From: the human T2T-CHM13v2.0 reference genome, Homo sapiens
Strand: one strand, 5' to 3'
DNA length: 64,000 nucleotides
NCBI RefSeq assembly: GCF_009914755.1
Contig: NC_060935.1
The position numbers were made by a program, and so were the translations under genes. Numbering within the stretch: the stretch's first letter is position 1; each line of letters starts with the position of its first letter. Shown here piece by piece: positions 14,401-39,219 of the stretch. The notes below the pieces were generated by a model. That model was not told the origin of the DNA. It ran no database searches and saw nothing but the letters and a program-made list of their open reading frames with translations.

Positions 14401-17400
14401 AACTAGAAAGAAGCTTTCTGAGAAACTGGTTTGTGATATGTGTATTCAACTCACAGTGTTAAACCATTCTATGGATTGACCAGTTGGCAAACACTGTTTT
14501 TGTCCATTCAGTGAATAGACATTTCGGTGCTCATTGAGAACAATGGTGAAAAAGTGAATATCCCAGGATAAAAACTGGAAGGAAGCTATCTGAGAATCCA
14601 CGTTGTGATGTGTGCATTCACCTCATGGAGATAAAGCTTTCTTTTCATTCAGAAGTCTGGAAACACTGTCTCACAGAATCCGTGAAGGGATACTCAGGAG
14701 TGCATTGAGGCCTATGTTGAAAAAGGAAATATCTTCAGAGAAAAACTAGAAAGAAGCTTTCTGAGAAACTGCTTTGTGATGTGTGCATTCATCTCACAGA
14801 GTTAAACCTTTCTGTGGATTCAGCAATTTGCAAACACTGTTTTTGTCCATTCTGTGAATGGACATTTTGGAGCTCATTGAGGCCAATGGTGAATAAGTGA
14901 ATATCCCAGGATTAAAATGAGAAGAAAGCTATCTGAGAAACGGCTTTGTGTTGTGTGCATTCACCTTGCAGAATTAAAACCTTCTTTGCATTCAGCAGTC
15001 TGGAAACACTGTTTTTGCAGTATCATCAAAGGGCTATTTGAGAGTGCATTGAGGCCTACGGTGAAAAAGGAAATATGTTCAGTTAAAAACTAGAAAGAAA
15101 GTCTGAGAAATTGCTTTGTGATGTGTGCATTCATCTCTCCGAGTTAAACCTTTCTTTTCATTCAGTGTTTTGGAAACACTGTTGTTGTAGAATCTGAGAA
15201 GTGTATTTGGGAACTTAATGAGGCCAAAGGTGAAAAACCGAATATCCCAGGACAAAAACTAGAAGGAAGCTATCTGAGAAAATGCATTGTGATGTGTGCA
15301 CTCATCTAACAGAGTTTCACCTTTCTTTTCATTCAGCAGTTTGGAACCACTGTTTTTCAAGAAACTGTAAAGGGTGACCATTGAGGCCTATGGTGAAAAA
15401 GGAAATATCTTTGGATAAAAACTAGAAAGAGGCTTGCTGAGAGACTACTTTGTGATGTGTGCATTCATCTCACTCAGTTAAAGTTTTCTTTGGATTCAGC
15501 ACTTTGGAAACACTGTTGTTGTACAATCTTCAAAGGGTTACTTGGGAGCTTCATGAGTCCAAAGGCGAGAAAGCGCACATCCCAGGATAAAAACTAGAAG
15601 GAAGTTATCTGAGAAACCACTTTGTTATGTATGCACTCATCTCTCCAAGATAAACCTTTCTTTTCTTTCCACAATTTGGAAACATGGTTTTCGTAGATTA
15701 GGCGAAGTTATATTTGTGAGTACATTAAGGTCTATGGTGGAAAAGGAAATATCTTCTTATAAAAACTAGAAAGAAGCTTTTTGAGAAACTGCTTTGTGAT
15801 GTGTGCATTCATCTCACAGAACTAAAACCTTCTTTCAATTCAGCAGTCTGGTAACACTGTTTTGGAAGAATCTGCCAAGTGATATTTGGGAGGGAATTGA
15901 AGCCTATGGAGAAAAACGAAATATCTTCATATAAAAATTAAAAAGAAGCTCTGTGAGAAACTGCTTTGTGATGTGTGAATTGATCTCACACAGTTAAAAC
16001 TTTCCTTAGATCAGCAGTTTGGAAACACTGTTGTTGCAGAATCTGTGAAGGGATATTAGGGAGTTCTTTGAGGCCAATGGCAAATAAGCAAATATCCCAA
16101 TATAAAAACTAGAAGGAAGCTATTTGAGAAATCGCATTTTGATGTGAATTCACACATCACAAATCACATTGTGATGTGTGTATTCATCTCACAGAATTAA
16201 ACCTTCCTTTTCATTCAGCAGTACGGGAGCTTAAATAGGCCAAAGTGGAAAAACCGAGTATCTCAGGAAAAAAACCTGAAGCGATCTATCTGAGAAACTG
16301 CTTTGTGGTGTGTGCATTCATCCCTCTGACATAAAATGCTCTTTTTATTCAGCAGTTTGGAAACACTGTTTTTGTAGAATCTGCGATATTATATTTGGGA
16401 GCACCTAGAGGCCTATGGTGAAAAAGGAAATATTTTCAGATAAAAACTAGAAAGAAGCTTTCTGAGAAACTGCTTTGTGATGTGTGAATTAATGTCACAG
16501 AGTTAAACCTTTCTTTTCATTCAACATTTTGGAAACACTGTTTTTGTCGAATATAGTAAGTGATATCTGGGAATGCATAGAAGCCTATGCTGAAAAAGGA
16601 AATATCTTCAGATAAAGACCAGAAAGAACCTTTCTGAGAGACTCCTTTGTGATGAGTGCATTTATCTCACACAGTTAAACCTTTCTTTGCATTCAGCAGT
16701 CTGGAAACACTGTTTTCTTAGAATCTGTGAAGAGATATTTGGTGGGGCATTGAAGGCTATGGTTAAAAAGGAAATATCTTCAGATAAAAACTAGAAAGAA
16801 GCTTAATGAGAAACAGGTTTGTGATGTGTGAATTCATCTCACAGAGTTAAAACTTGCTTTTGATTGAGCAGTTTGGTAACACTTTTTTTGTCCATTATGT
16901 GAATGGACATTTGGGAGCTCATTGAGGCCAATGGTGAAAAGGTGCACATCACAGGATAAAAACTAGAAGGAAGATACTTGAGAAAATGCTTTTTGATGTG
17001 TGCATTCATCTCACAGAGCTAAAACTTTCTTTTCATTCAGCGGTTTGGAAACACTGTTTTTGTAGATTCTGCGAAGGGATATCTGGCAACACATTGAAGC
17101 CTATGGTGGAAAAGGAAATATTGCCCAATAGTAAGTGGAAAACACTGTTATGAGAAACTGCTTTGTGATGTGTTCATTCATCTCACAGAGTGAAACATTT
17201 CTTTGGATTCAGCCATTTGGAAACACTGTTTTTGTCCATTCTGAGAGTAAATATTTGGGAACTCATTGAGGTCAATGGTGATAAAGTGAATATACCTGGG
17301 TAAAAACTAGAAGGAAGCCATCTGAGAAACCGATTTGTGATGTGTGCATTCATCTCATAGAGGTAAACCTTTCTTTTCATTCACCAGTTTGGAAACACTT

Positions 17401-20400
17401 TTTTTGTAGAATCAGTGTAGGGATATTTGGCATCACATGGAGGCCTATGGTTAAAAAAGAATTTTCTTCTGAGAAAAACTAGAAAGAGGCTTTCTGAGAA
17501 ACTGTTTTGTGATGTGTTCATTCATCTCACAGAGTTAAACCTTTCTTTGGATTCAGCCCTTTGGAAACACTGTTTTTGTCCATTTCGCAAATGGACATTT
17601 GGGATCTCATTGAGGCCAATGGTGAAAAAGCGAATATACCAGGATAAAAACTAGAAGGAAGTTATCTGAGAAACCAATTTATTATGTGGATATTCATCTA
17701 ACAGAGTTAAACGTTTCTTTTCATTTAGCAGTTAGGAAACACTGATTTGTTAGATCTGTAAAGAGATTTTTTTTAGCTCATTGAGTCCTATGCTGAAAAA
17801 GAAAATATCTTCAGATAAAAACTAGAAAGAAGCCTAATGAGAAACTGGTTTGGGATGTGTGCATTCATCTCACAGAGTTAAACTTTTCCTTTAATTCAGT
17901 AGTTTGGTAACGCTGTTTTTGCCCATTCTGTGAATGGTCATTTGGGAGCTCATTTAGGCCAATGGCAGAAAAACGAAAGTCTCAGGAAAAAAAAAACTAG
18001 AAGATAGCTATCTGAGAAATTGCTTTGTGATATGTGTATTCATCTCACAGAGTTAAACCTTTCTTTCCATTCAGCAGTTTGGAAACACTGTTTTTGTAGA
18101 ATCTGTGATGGGATATTTGGCAACTCTTTGAGGCCTATGGTGAAAAAGGAAATATCTTCAAATTAAAATTAGAAAGACACTTTCTGAGAAACGCTTTGGG
18201 ATGCATTCTTTCATCTAACAGAGTTAAATTTTTATTTTGATTCAGCAGTTTGTATACACTGTTTTTGTCCATTCTGTGAATGGACATTTGGGAGATCATT
18301 GAGTCTAATGGCGAAAAAGCAAATATCCCAAGATAAAAACTAGAAGGAAGTTACCTGAGAAGCCACTTTGTGATTTGTGAATTCATCCCTCAGTGTTAAA
18401 ACTTTCCTTTCATATAGTAGTTTGGAAACATTGTTTTTGTAGAAAATGCCAAGAGATATTTTTCAGCACATGATGGCCAAAGGTGAAAATGGAACTATAT
18501 TCAGATGAAAACGAGAAAGAAGGCTTGGGAACTCATTGAGGCCAATAGCGAAAAAGTGAATTTCCCAGGATAAACACTAGAAAGAAGCTATCTGAGAAAC
18601 CGGTTTGTGATGTGTGCATTCATCTCACAGAGTTATACTTTTCTTTTCATTCGGTCATTTGGAAAAAATGTTTTCTTAGAATCTGTGAAAAGATATTTGG
18701 TAGTGCATTGAGGCCTATGGTGAAATAGGAATTTTCATCAGATAAAAACTAGAAAGAAGCTTTCTGAGAAACTGTTTTTTGATGTGTGAATTCATCTCAC
18801 AGCATTGAAGCTTTCTTTGGATTCAGCAGTTTGGAAACACTGTTTTTGTCCATTCTGCGAATGGACATTTGGAGCTCATTGAGGCCAATGGCTAAAAAGC
18901 ACATATCCCAGGATAAAAACCAGAAGTATGCTCTCTGAGATACCACTTTATGATGTGAGCATTCATCTCACAGAGTTAAACTTTTCTTCTCAAACAGACA
19001 TTTGGAAAAACTGTTTTCTTAGAATCTGAGAAGAGGTATTTTGTAGCGCATTAAGACAGATGGTGAAAAAGGCTTTGTCTTCAGATAAATTAGAAAGAAG
19101 CTTAATGAGAAACTGCTTTGGATGTGTGCATCCATCTCACAGAGTTATAACTTTCTTTGGATTCAACAGTTTGGCAACACTGTTTGTGCCCATTCTACAA
19201 ATCAACGTTTGGGAGCTCACTGAGGCCAGGGCGAAGAAGAAAATATATCAGGATAAAAACTAGAAGGAATTTATCTGAGAAACCAATTTGTGATGTGTGC
19301 ATTCACCTAAAAGAGTTAACCTTTCTTTTCATTCAGCAGTTTGGAAAAAACTGTTTTTGTCCATTCTGCGAATGGACATTTGGGAACTCATTCAGGCCAA
19401 AGGCAAAAAAACGAATATCACAGGATAAAAAATAGAAGGAAGATATCTGAAAAAATGCTTTGTGATGTGTGCATTCATCTCCCAGTGTTAAAACTTTCTT
19501 TTCATTCAGCAATTTGGAAACACTATTTTTGTAGGATCAGTGAAGGGATACTTGGTAGTGCATTGAGGCCTGTGGTGAAAAAGGAATTTTCTTCAGATAA
19601 AAACTAGAAAGCAGGCTTGAGAGAAACTGCTTTCTGAGGTGTTCATCTCACAGAGTTAAACCTTTCTTTGGATTCTGCAGGTTGTAAACACTGTTTTTGT
19701 CCATTCTGTGAATGCACATTGGGAGCTCATTGAGGCCTTGGCAAAAAGCAAATATCTAAGGATAAAAACTAGAAGAAAGCCATCTAAGAAACCTATTTCT
19801 GATGTGTGCATTTATCTCACAGAGTCAAACCTTCCTTTTCATTCAGCCATTGAGAAACACTGTTTTCTTAGCATCTGTGAAGAGATATTTGGTAGCACAT
19901 TGAGGCCAATGGTGAGAAAGGAAGTATCTTCAGATAAAAACTAGAAAGAAGCTGAAAGAGAAAGCGCTTTGGGATGTGTACATCCATCTCACAGGGGTTA
20001 ACATTTCTTTGGATTCAGCAGTTTGTTAACACTGTTTTTGTCCATTCTGTGAATGGACATTTGGGAGTTCATTGAGGCCAGGCCAATGGTGAAGAAGGGA
20101 AAATCCTAAGATAAAAACTGTAAGGAGTTTATCTGAGCAAACTGATTTGTGTTGCATGCATTCAACTCACAGATTCAAACTTTTCTTTTCATTCAGGAGT
20201 TTTGAAACACTGTTTTCTTAGAATCTGCAAGGCAAAATTTTTTAGTGCCTTGAGGCCTATGGTGAAAAAGGAAATATCTGCAGATAAAAACTAGAAAGAA
20301 GCATAATGAGAATCTGCTTTAGGTTGTGTTCATTCATGTCACAGAGTTAAACATTTCTTTGGATTCAGCAGTTTGGTAATATTGTTACCATTTTTTGTCC

Positions 20401-22361
20401 ATTCTGAAGATGGACTTTTGGGAGCTCACTGAGGCCAATGGCAAAAACAGAATATCACAGGATAAAAACTAAAGGAAGTTATCTGAGAAACCAATTTGTG
20501 ATATGGGCATTCATCTCATAGAGTTAAAACTTTCATTTAATTCAGCAATTTGGAAACACTGTTTTCTTACAAACTGCGAAAAGATACTTGTTAGTGCAAT
20601 GAGGCCTATAGTGAAAAAGGAAATATCTTCAGATAAAAACTCAAAAGAACATTTCTGAGAGACTGCTTGGTGATGTGTGCATTCATCTCATAGACATAAA
20701 ATTTTCTTTGGTTTCATCAATTTGGTAACACTGTTTCTGTCCCTTCTGTGAATGGACATTAGGGAGCTCATTGAGGACAATGCTGAAAAAGCAAATATTC
20801 CAGGGTAAACACTAACAGGAAGATATCTGAGGAAACGCTTTGTGATATGTGCATTCATCTCCCATTGTTAAACCTTTCTTTTCATTCAGCAGTTTGTAAA
20901 CACTGTTTTTGTAGAATTTGTGAAGGGATACTTGGGAGCACTTGAGGCCTATGGTGAAAAAGGAATTTTCTTCAGGTAAAAACTAGAAAGAAGCTTTCTT
21001 AGAAACTGCTTTGAAAGGTGTTCACTCATCTCAAAGAGTTAAAACTTTCTTTGGATTCCACAGTTTAGAAACACTGTTTTTCTCCATTCTGCAAATGGAC
21101 ATTTGCAGATCACTGGGGCCAATGGCGAAAAAGTGAATAACTCAGGATAAAAACTAGAAGTAAGTTACCTGAGAAACTGATCTGTGATATGTGCATTCAT
21201 CTCACAGGGTTAAACTTTTCTTTTCATTCAGCAGTTTGGAAACACTCTTTTCTTAGAATCTGCAAAGAGATATTTTGTAGAGCATTCAGGCCTATCGTGA
21301 AAAAGGAAATTTATTCAGATAAAAACTAGAAAGAAGCTTAATGAGAAACTGCTTTGTGATGTGTGCATTCATGTCACAGAGTTAAACCATTCTTTGGATT
21401 CAGTAGTTTGGTAGGACATTTTTTGTCCATTCCATGAATGAACATTTTGGAGCTCGAGGTCAATGGTGAAAAAGCTAATATCCCAGGATAAAAACTAGAA
21501 GGAAGTTATCTGAGAAACTGATTTGTGATGTGTGTATTCATCTTACAGGGTTAAACCATTCTTTTCATTCAGCAGTTTGGAAATACTGTTTTCTTAGAAT
21601 CTGTGAAGTCATATTTGGTAGTGCTTTGAGGCCTATAGTGAAATATGAATTTTCTTCATATAAAAACTAGAAAGAAGCTTTCAGAAAAACTGCTTTGTGA
21701 TGTGTTCATTCATCTCACAGTGTTAAAACGTATGGATTCATCAGTTTGGAAACACTGTTTTTGTCCATTCTGCGAAAGGACATTTGGGAGCTCATAGAGG
21801 ACAATGGCAAAAAAGTAAATATCCCAGGATAAAAATGAGAAGGAAGCTATCTGAAAACTGCTTTGTGATGTGTGAATTCATCTCGCCATGTTAAACTTTT
21901 TTTCATTCAGCAGCTTGGAAACACTGTTTTTTTACAGTCTGCAACAGGATATTTGGCAGCAAATTGAGGCCTGTGGTGAAAAAGGGAATATCTTCAGAAA
22001 AATCTAGAAAGAAGCTTTCTGAGAAACTGTTTTATGATGTGTCCTTCTTCTCAAGGAGTTAATCCTTTCTTTTGATTCAGTATTTTGGAAACACTGTTTC
22101 TGTCGATTCTGTGAATGGACATTTGGGAACTCATTGAGGCCAATGGCAAAAAAGAAAATATCTGTTGATAAAAACCAGAAGGAGGTTATCTTAGAAACTG
22201 ATTGGGGATGTGTGCATTCATCTCACAGAGTTAAAGTTTTCTTTTCATTCAGACATTTCAAAAAACTATTTTCTTAGAATCTGCAAAAAGATATATGGTA
22301 GCACATTGAGGCCTATGGTGAAAAAGGAATTCTCTTCAGAAAAAAACTAGAAGGAAGCTTA
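11427..22361 (+). repeat. Alpha satellite, forward orientation, mostly alternating two monomer types
   Basis: tgagaaactgctttgtgatgtgtgcattcatctcacagagttaaac repeats every ~171 bp. Monomers with gcctatggtgaaaaaggaaatatcttcag alternate with monomers carrying gtccattctgcgaatggac...gccaatggcgaaaaagtgaatatcccagg. Confidence 0.97.
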
Positions 22362-23380
22362 GTGGTTTTATCTACATTTGGTCTTTGATGTTGGTGATGT
22401 ACAGATGGGTTTTTGGTGTGAATGTCCTTTGTGATTGTTGGTTTTCCTTCTAAAAGTCAGGACCCTCAGCTGCAGGTCTGTTGGGGTTTGCTGGATGCCC
22501 ACTCCAGACATTCTTTGCCTGGGTATCAGCAGCAGTGGCTGCAGAACAGCAGATAATAGTGAACCACAAATGCTGCTGCCTGATTGTTCCTCTGGAAGTT
22601 TTGTCAGAGGAGTTCCCAGGTGTGTGAGGTGTCAGTCTGCCCCTAATGGGGGGTGCCTCCCAGTAAGGCTACTCGGGGGTCAGGGACCCACTTGAGGAGG
22701 CAGTCTGCCCATTTTCAGATCCCAAGCTGCATGCTGGGAGAATGACTACTCTCTTGAAAGGTGTCACACAGGGACATTTAAGTCTGCAGAGGTTACTGCT
22801 GCCTTTTGTTTGTCTGTGCTCTGCCCCCAGAGGTGGAGCCTACTGAGGTAGGCAGGCCTCCTTGAGCTGTGGGGGGCTGTACCCAGTTCGAGTTTCCAGG
22901 CCACATTGTTTACCTACTCAAGCCTCAGCAATGGCAGGCGCCTCTCCCCCAGCCTCACTGCCACCTTGCAGTTTGATCACAGACTTCTGTGCTAGCAATG
23001 AGCAAGGCTGCATGGGTATGGGACCCTCCAAGCCAGGGGCGGGATACAATCTTCTGGTGTACCATTTGTTAAATCCATTGGAAAACCAGATTATTAGGGT
23101 GGGAGTGACCTGATGTACCAGGTGCTTTCTGTCACCCCTTTCTTTGACTAGCAGAGGGAATTCCCTGACCCCTTGTGCTTCCCAGGTGAGGTGATGCCTC
23201 ACCCTGCTTTGGCTCATGCATGGTTTGCTGCACACACTGTCCTGCACCCACTGTCCAGCAGTCCCCCATGAGATGAACCCGGTATCACAGTTGGAAATGC
23301 AGAAATCAGCCATCTTCGGCATCGCTCACACTGGCAGCTGTAGACTAGACCTGTTCCTACTCAGCTGTCTTGGCTACCTC
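22362..23380 (-). promoter_or_regulatory. L1#1 5'UTR / internal Pol II promoter, inverted; retains the ~129-bp ZNF93-site segment
   Basis: The reverse complement reads gaggtagccaagacagctgagtaggaacagg... through ...gtagataaaaccac, stopping just before the ORF1 ATG. The extra segment lies at ~22483-22613. Confidence 0.88.
22931..23113 (+). pseudogene. L1 ORF0 homolog, truncated at 60 aa
   Basis: MAGASPPASLPPCSLITDFCASNEQG...IRVGVT* matches the antisense ORF0 peptide (MAGAPPPASLPPCSLISDCCASNQ...). It ends at a premature TGA. Confidence 0.75.
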
Positions 23381-23387
23381 TGTTAGT

Positions 23388-27095
<3,708 letters not shown>

Positions 27096-27310
27096 ACAAT
27101 GAGAACCCATGGACACAGGAAGGGGAACATCACACACCAGGGACAGTTGTGGGGTGTTGGTAAGGGAGAGGGATAGCATTAGGAGATATACCTAATGCTA
27201 AATGATGAGTTAATATGTGCAGCACACAAGCATGGCACATGTATACATGTGTAACAAACCTGCACGTTATGCACATGTACCCTAATATTTAAAGCATAAC
27301 AATAATAATA

Positions 27311-27877
27311 AAAAACCTAGAAAGAAGCTTAATGAGAAACTACTTTGGGATGTGTGCATCCATCTCACAGAGTTAAAAGTTTCTTTGGATTCTGTAGTTT
27401 TGCAACACTGTTTTGTCCATTTTCTGAATGGACCTTGGTGAGCTTATTGTGGCCAGGGCAAGAAGGGAATATCCCAGGATAAACACTAGAGGGAATTAAT
27501 CTGAGAAAACGATTTGTGATGTATACATTCAAATCAAAGACTTAAATCTTTCTTTTCATTTAGCAGTTTGGAAGCCCTGTTTTCTTAGAATCTGTGAAAA
27601 GATATTTGGTAGCACAATGAGGCCTATGGTGAAAAAGAAAATATCTCCAGATAAAAACAAGAAAGAACTTTCTGAGAGACTGCTTTGTGATGTGTGCATT
27701 CATCTCACAGAGATAAAATTTTCTTTGGATTCCGCAGTTTGGTAACACTGTTTTTGCCCATTCTGCGAATGGACATTTTGGAGTTCATTGAGGCCAATGG
27801 CGAAAAAGTGAATATCCCAGGAAAAACTAGATGGAAGATACCTGAGAAAACGCTTTGTAATATTTGCATTCATCTCA
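27311..27877 (+). repeat. Alpha satellite (~3 monomers)
   Basis: Same monomer motifs, continuing the register across the L1#1 TSD. Confidence 0.95.
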
Positions 27878-28897
27878 ATGATGGCCGAATAGGAAAACCT
27901 CGGTCTACAGCTCCCAGCATGAGCGATGCAGAAGATGGGTGATTTCTGCATTTCCATCTGAGGTACCAGGTTCATCTCACTAAGGAGTGCCAGACAGTAG
28001 GTACAGGATAGTGGATGCAGTGCACCGTGTGCCAGCGGAAGCAGGGTGAGTCATTACTTCACTCAGGAAGCAAAAGGGGTTAGGGAGTTCCCTTTCCTAG
28101 TCAAACAAAGGGGTGACAGATGGAACCTGGAAAATCGGGTCACTCCCACCCAAATACTGCGCTTTTCCCACAGGCTTAAAAAAATGGCACACTGGGAGAT
28201 TATATCCTGCACCTGGCTCGGAGGGTCCTATGCCCACGGAATCTCACTGATTGCTAGCACAGCAGTCTGAGATCAAACTGCAAGGCGGCAATGAGGCTGG
28301 GAGAGGGGCACCCGCCATTGTCCAAGCTTGCTTTTGTAAACAAAGCAGCCAGGAAGCTCGAACTGGGTGGATGACACCACAGCTAAAGGAGGCCTGCCTG
28401 CCTCTGTAGGCTCCACCTCTGGGGGCAGGGCACAGACAAACAAAAAGACAGCAGTAACCTCTGCAGACTTAAATGTCCCTCTCTGACAGCTTTGAAGAGA
28501 GCAGTGGTTCTCCCAGCATGCAGATGGAAACCTGAGAAAGGGCAGACTGCATCCTTCAGTGGGTCGTTGACCCCTGACGCCCGAGCAGCCTAACTGGGAG
28601 GCACACCCCAGTAGGGGCAGACTGACAACTCACATGTCTGGGTACTCCTCTGAGACAAAACTTCCAGAGGAATGATCAGACAGCAGCATTCGTGGTTCTT
28701 GAAAATCGATTGATCTGCAGCCACCGCTGCTGATACCCAGGCAAACAGGGTCTGGAGTGGACCTCTAGCAAACTCCAACAGACCTGCAGCTGAGGGTCCT
28801 GTCTGTTAGAAGGAAAACTAACAGAAAGGACGTCCACACCAAAAACCCATCTGTACATTACCATCATCAAACACCAAAAGTAGATAAAACCACAAAG

Positions 28898-29914
28898 ATG
28901 GGGAAAAAACAGAGCAGAAAAACTGGAAACTCTAAAAAGCAGAGTGCCTCTCCTCCTCCAAAGGAACACAGATCCTCACCAGCAATGGAACAAAGCTGGT
29001 TGGAGAATTACTTTGACAAGTTGAGAGAAGAAGGCTTCAGACGATCAAAAATACTCCAAGCTACAGGAGGAAACTCAAACCAATAGCAAAGAAGTTAAAA
29101 ACTTTGAAAAAAATTAGACAAATGGATACCTAGAATAATCAATGCAGAGAAGTCCTTAAAGTAGCTGATGGAGCTGAAAGCCAAGGCTCAAGAACTACAT
29201 GAAGAATGCAGAAGCCTCAGGAGCCGATGTGATCAACAAGAAGAAAGTGTATCCCTGATGGAAGATGAAATGAATGAAATGAAGCAAAAAGTGAAGTTTA
29301 GAGAAAAAAGAATAAAAAGAAATGAACAAAGCCTCCAAGAAATATGGGACTATGTGAAAAGACCAAATCTATGTCTGATTGGTGTACCTGAAAGTGACGG
29401 GGAGAATGGAATCAAGTTGGAAAACACTCTGCAGGATATTATCCGGGAGAACTTCCCCAATCTAGAAAGGCAGGCCAACATTCAGATTCAGGAAATACAG
29501 AGAATGCCACAAAGATACTCCTCGAGAAGAGCAACTCCAAGACACATAATTGTCAGATTCACCAAAGTGGAAATGAAGGAAAAAATGTTAAGGGTGGCCA
29601 GAGAGAAAGGTCGGGTTACCCACAAAGGGAAGACCATCAAACTAACAGCGGATCTCTCAGCAGAAACACTACATGCCAGAAGAGAGTGGGGGCCAATATT
29701 CAACATTCTTAAAGAAAAGAATTTTCAACCCAGAATTTCATATCCAGCCAAACCAAGCTTCATAAGTGAAGGAGAAATAAAATCCTTTACAGACAAGCAA
29801 ATGCTGAGAGATTTTGTCACCACCAGGCCTGCCCTAAAAGAGCTCCTGAAGGAAGCACTAAACATGGAAAGGAGCAACTGGTCCCAACCAATGCAAAATC
29901 AGGCCAAATTGTAA
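28898..29914 (+). pseudogene. L1#2 ORF1p, disrupted
   Basis: MGKKQSRKTGNSKKQSASPPPKE... is frameshifted. The downstream 248-aa piece contains EIWDYVKRPNL, RREWGPIF and YPAK. Confidence 0.93.
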
Positions 29915-29977
29915 AGACCATCGAGGCTAGGAAGAAACTGCATCAACTAATGAGCAAAATAACCAGCTAACATCATA

Positions 29978-33799
<3,822 letters not shown>

Positions 33800-34053
33800 A
33801 CAATGAGAACACATGGATACAGGAAGGGAACATCACACTCTGGGGACTGTTGTGGGGTGGGGGGAGGGTGGAGGGATAGCATTAGGAGATATACTTAATG
33901 CTAAATGACGAGTTAATGGGTGCAGCACACTAGTATTGCACATGTATACATATGTGACTAACCTGCACATTGTGCACATGTACCCTAAAACTTAAAGTAT
34001 AATAATAATAAAATAAAAATCAATAAAAATAAAAACAATTTTTCTGGGAAAAA

Positions 34054-34837
34054 TAAAGAAAATGTGGCACATATACACAATGGAATACTATGCAGCCAAA
34101 AAAATGATGAATTCATGTCCTTTGTAGGGACATGGATGAATCTGGAAACCATCATTCTCAGCAAACTATCGCAAGGACAGAAAACCAAACACTGCATGTT
34201 CTCAATCATAGGTGGGAATTGAACAATGGGAACACTTGGACGCGGGGTGGGGAACATCACACACCAGAGCCTGTCGTGGGGTGGGGGGAGCGGGGAGGGA
34301 TAGCATTCGTAAATGTACCTAATGTAAATGATGAGTTACTGGGTGCAGCACACCAACATGGCACATGTATACATATGTAACAAACCTGCACGTTGTGCAA
34401 GCTTCAATCACATCCGTGTGAAAAGACCACCAAGCAGGCTTTGTGTGAGCAACAAGGCTGTTTATTTCACCTGGGTGCAGGTGTGCTGAGTCTGAAAACA
34501 GAGTCAGCAAAGGGAGATAGGGTTGGGGCGGTTTTATAGGATTTGGGTAGGGAAACGAAAATTCAGTCAAAGGGTGTTGTTCTCTAGCTGGTAGGGATGG
34601 GGGTTACAAGGTGCTCAGTGGGGGAGCTTCTGAGCCAAGATGAGCCAGTTGAAGGAATTTCACAAGGTAATGTCATCAGTTAAGGCAGGAGCAGGCGATT
34701 TTTACTTCTTTTGTGATTCTTCAGTTACTTCAGGCCATTTGGATGTATACGTGCAAGTCACAGGGGATATGATGGCTTAGCTTGGGCTCAGAGACCCGAA
34801 AACATGCACCCTAGAACTTAAAGTATAATTAAAAAAA
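34054..34837 (+). mobile_element. Older L1 3'-end fragment (L1PA6-like), interrupted by LTR7
   Basis: aagaaaatgtggcacatatac...ggacagaaaacc...cctgtcgtgggg...cctaatgtaaatg...caccaacatgg...ctagaacttaaagtataat plus an A run. Diagnostics differ from the L1#2 3'UTR immediately upstream. Confidence 0.85.
34402..34801 (-). mobile_element. Solo LTR7-family (HERV-H) LTR
   Basis: The reverse complement reads ...tctgagcccaagctaagccatcatatcccctgtgac...gccttaactgatgacattacc...cctataaaacc...aaataaacagccttgttgctcacacaaagcc...ttcacacgga. TATA at 34532-34538 and AATAAA at 34461-34466, both on the minus strand. TSD is degenerate. Confidence 0.9.
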
Positions 34838-34865
34838 CTAAAAGAATGTTATGCTAAAAAAATAC

Positions 34866-35103
34866 ATTTCCATTCATCTCATAGTGTTAAAACTTTCTTT
34901 TCATTCAGTAGCTTGGAAACACTATTTTTGTAAAATCTGTGAATGGATATTTGGGAGCATATTTAGGCCTATGGTGAAAAGGAATTTTTTTTTCCATTAA
35001 AAACTAGAAAGCAGCTTTCTGAGAAACTGTTTTGTGATGTTTCTTTCATCTCACTGAGTTAATCCTTTCTTTGGATTCAGCAGTTTGGAAACATTGTTTT
35101 CTT
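34866..35103 (+). repeat. Alpha satellite (~1.4 monomers) between L1#2 and L1#3
   Basis: cattcatctcatagtgttaaaac...gcctatggtgaaaagg...ttggattcagcagtttggaaac. Confidence 0.93.
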
Positions 35104-35333
35104 TTTTTTTATTATTATTATTTTTTTATTATACTTTAAGTTTTAGGGTACATGTGCACATTGTGCACGTTAGTTACATATGTGTACATGTGCCATGCTG
35201 GTGAGCTGCACCCACTAACTCGTCATCTAGCATTAGGTATATCTCCCAATGCTATCCCTCCCCCCATACCCCCACCCCACAACAGTCCCCAGAGTGTGAT
35301 ATTCCCCTTCCTGTGCCCATGTGATCTCATTGT

Positions 35334-39171
<3,838 letters not shown>

Positions 39172-39219
39172 TTATTTTCCTCGTTAGTTGATGCAGTTTC
39201 TTCCTAGTCTCGATGGTCT

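Noticed and set aside
1142-21000. Many 60-150 aa ORFs with recurring KLLCDVCIHL...VWKHCF motifs that look zinc-finger-like (also at 41145-59974)
   Set aside because: They are translations of alpha-satellite monomers. They occur in several frames and both strands, often start at non-ATG codons, and show no gene structure.
1-22361. CRISPR-like or prokaryotic repeat array
   Set aside because: Contiguous ~171-bp primate satellite with no unique spacers and no cas genes.
33842-33875. G-quadruplex-like G tracts in the L1 3'UTRs
   Set aside because: A standard, well-known L1 feature.
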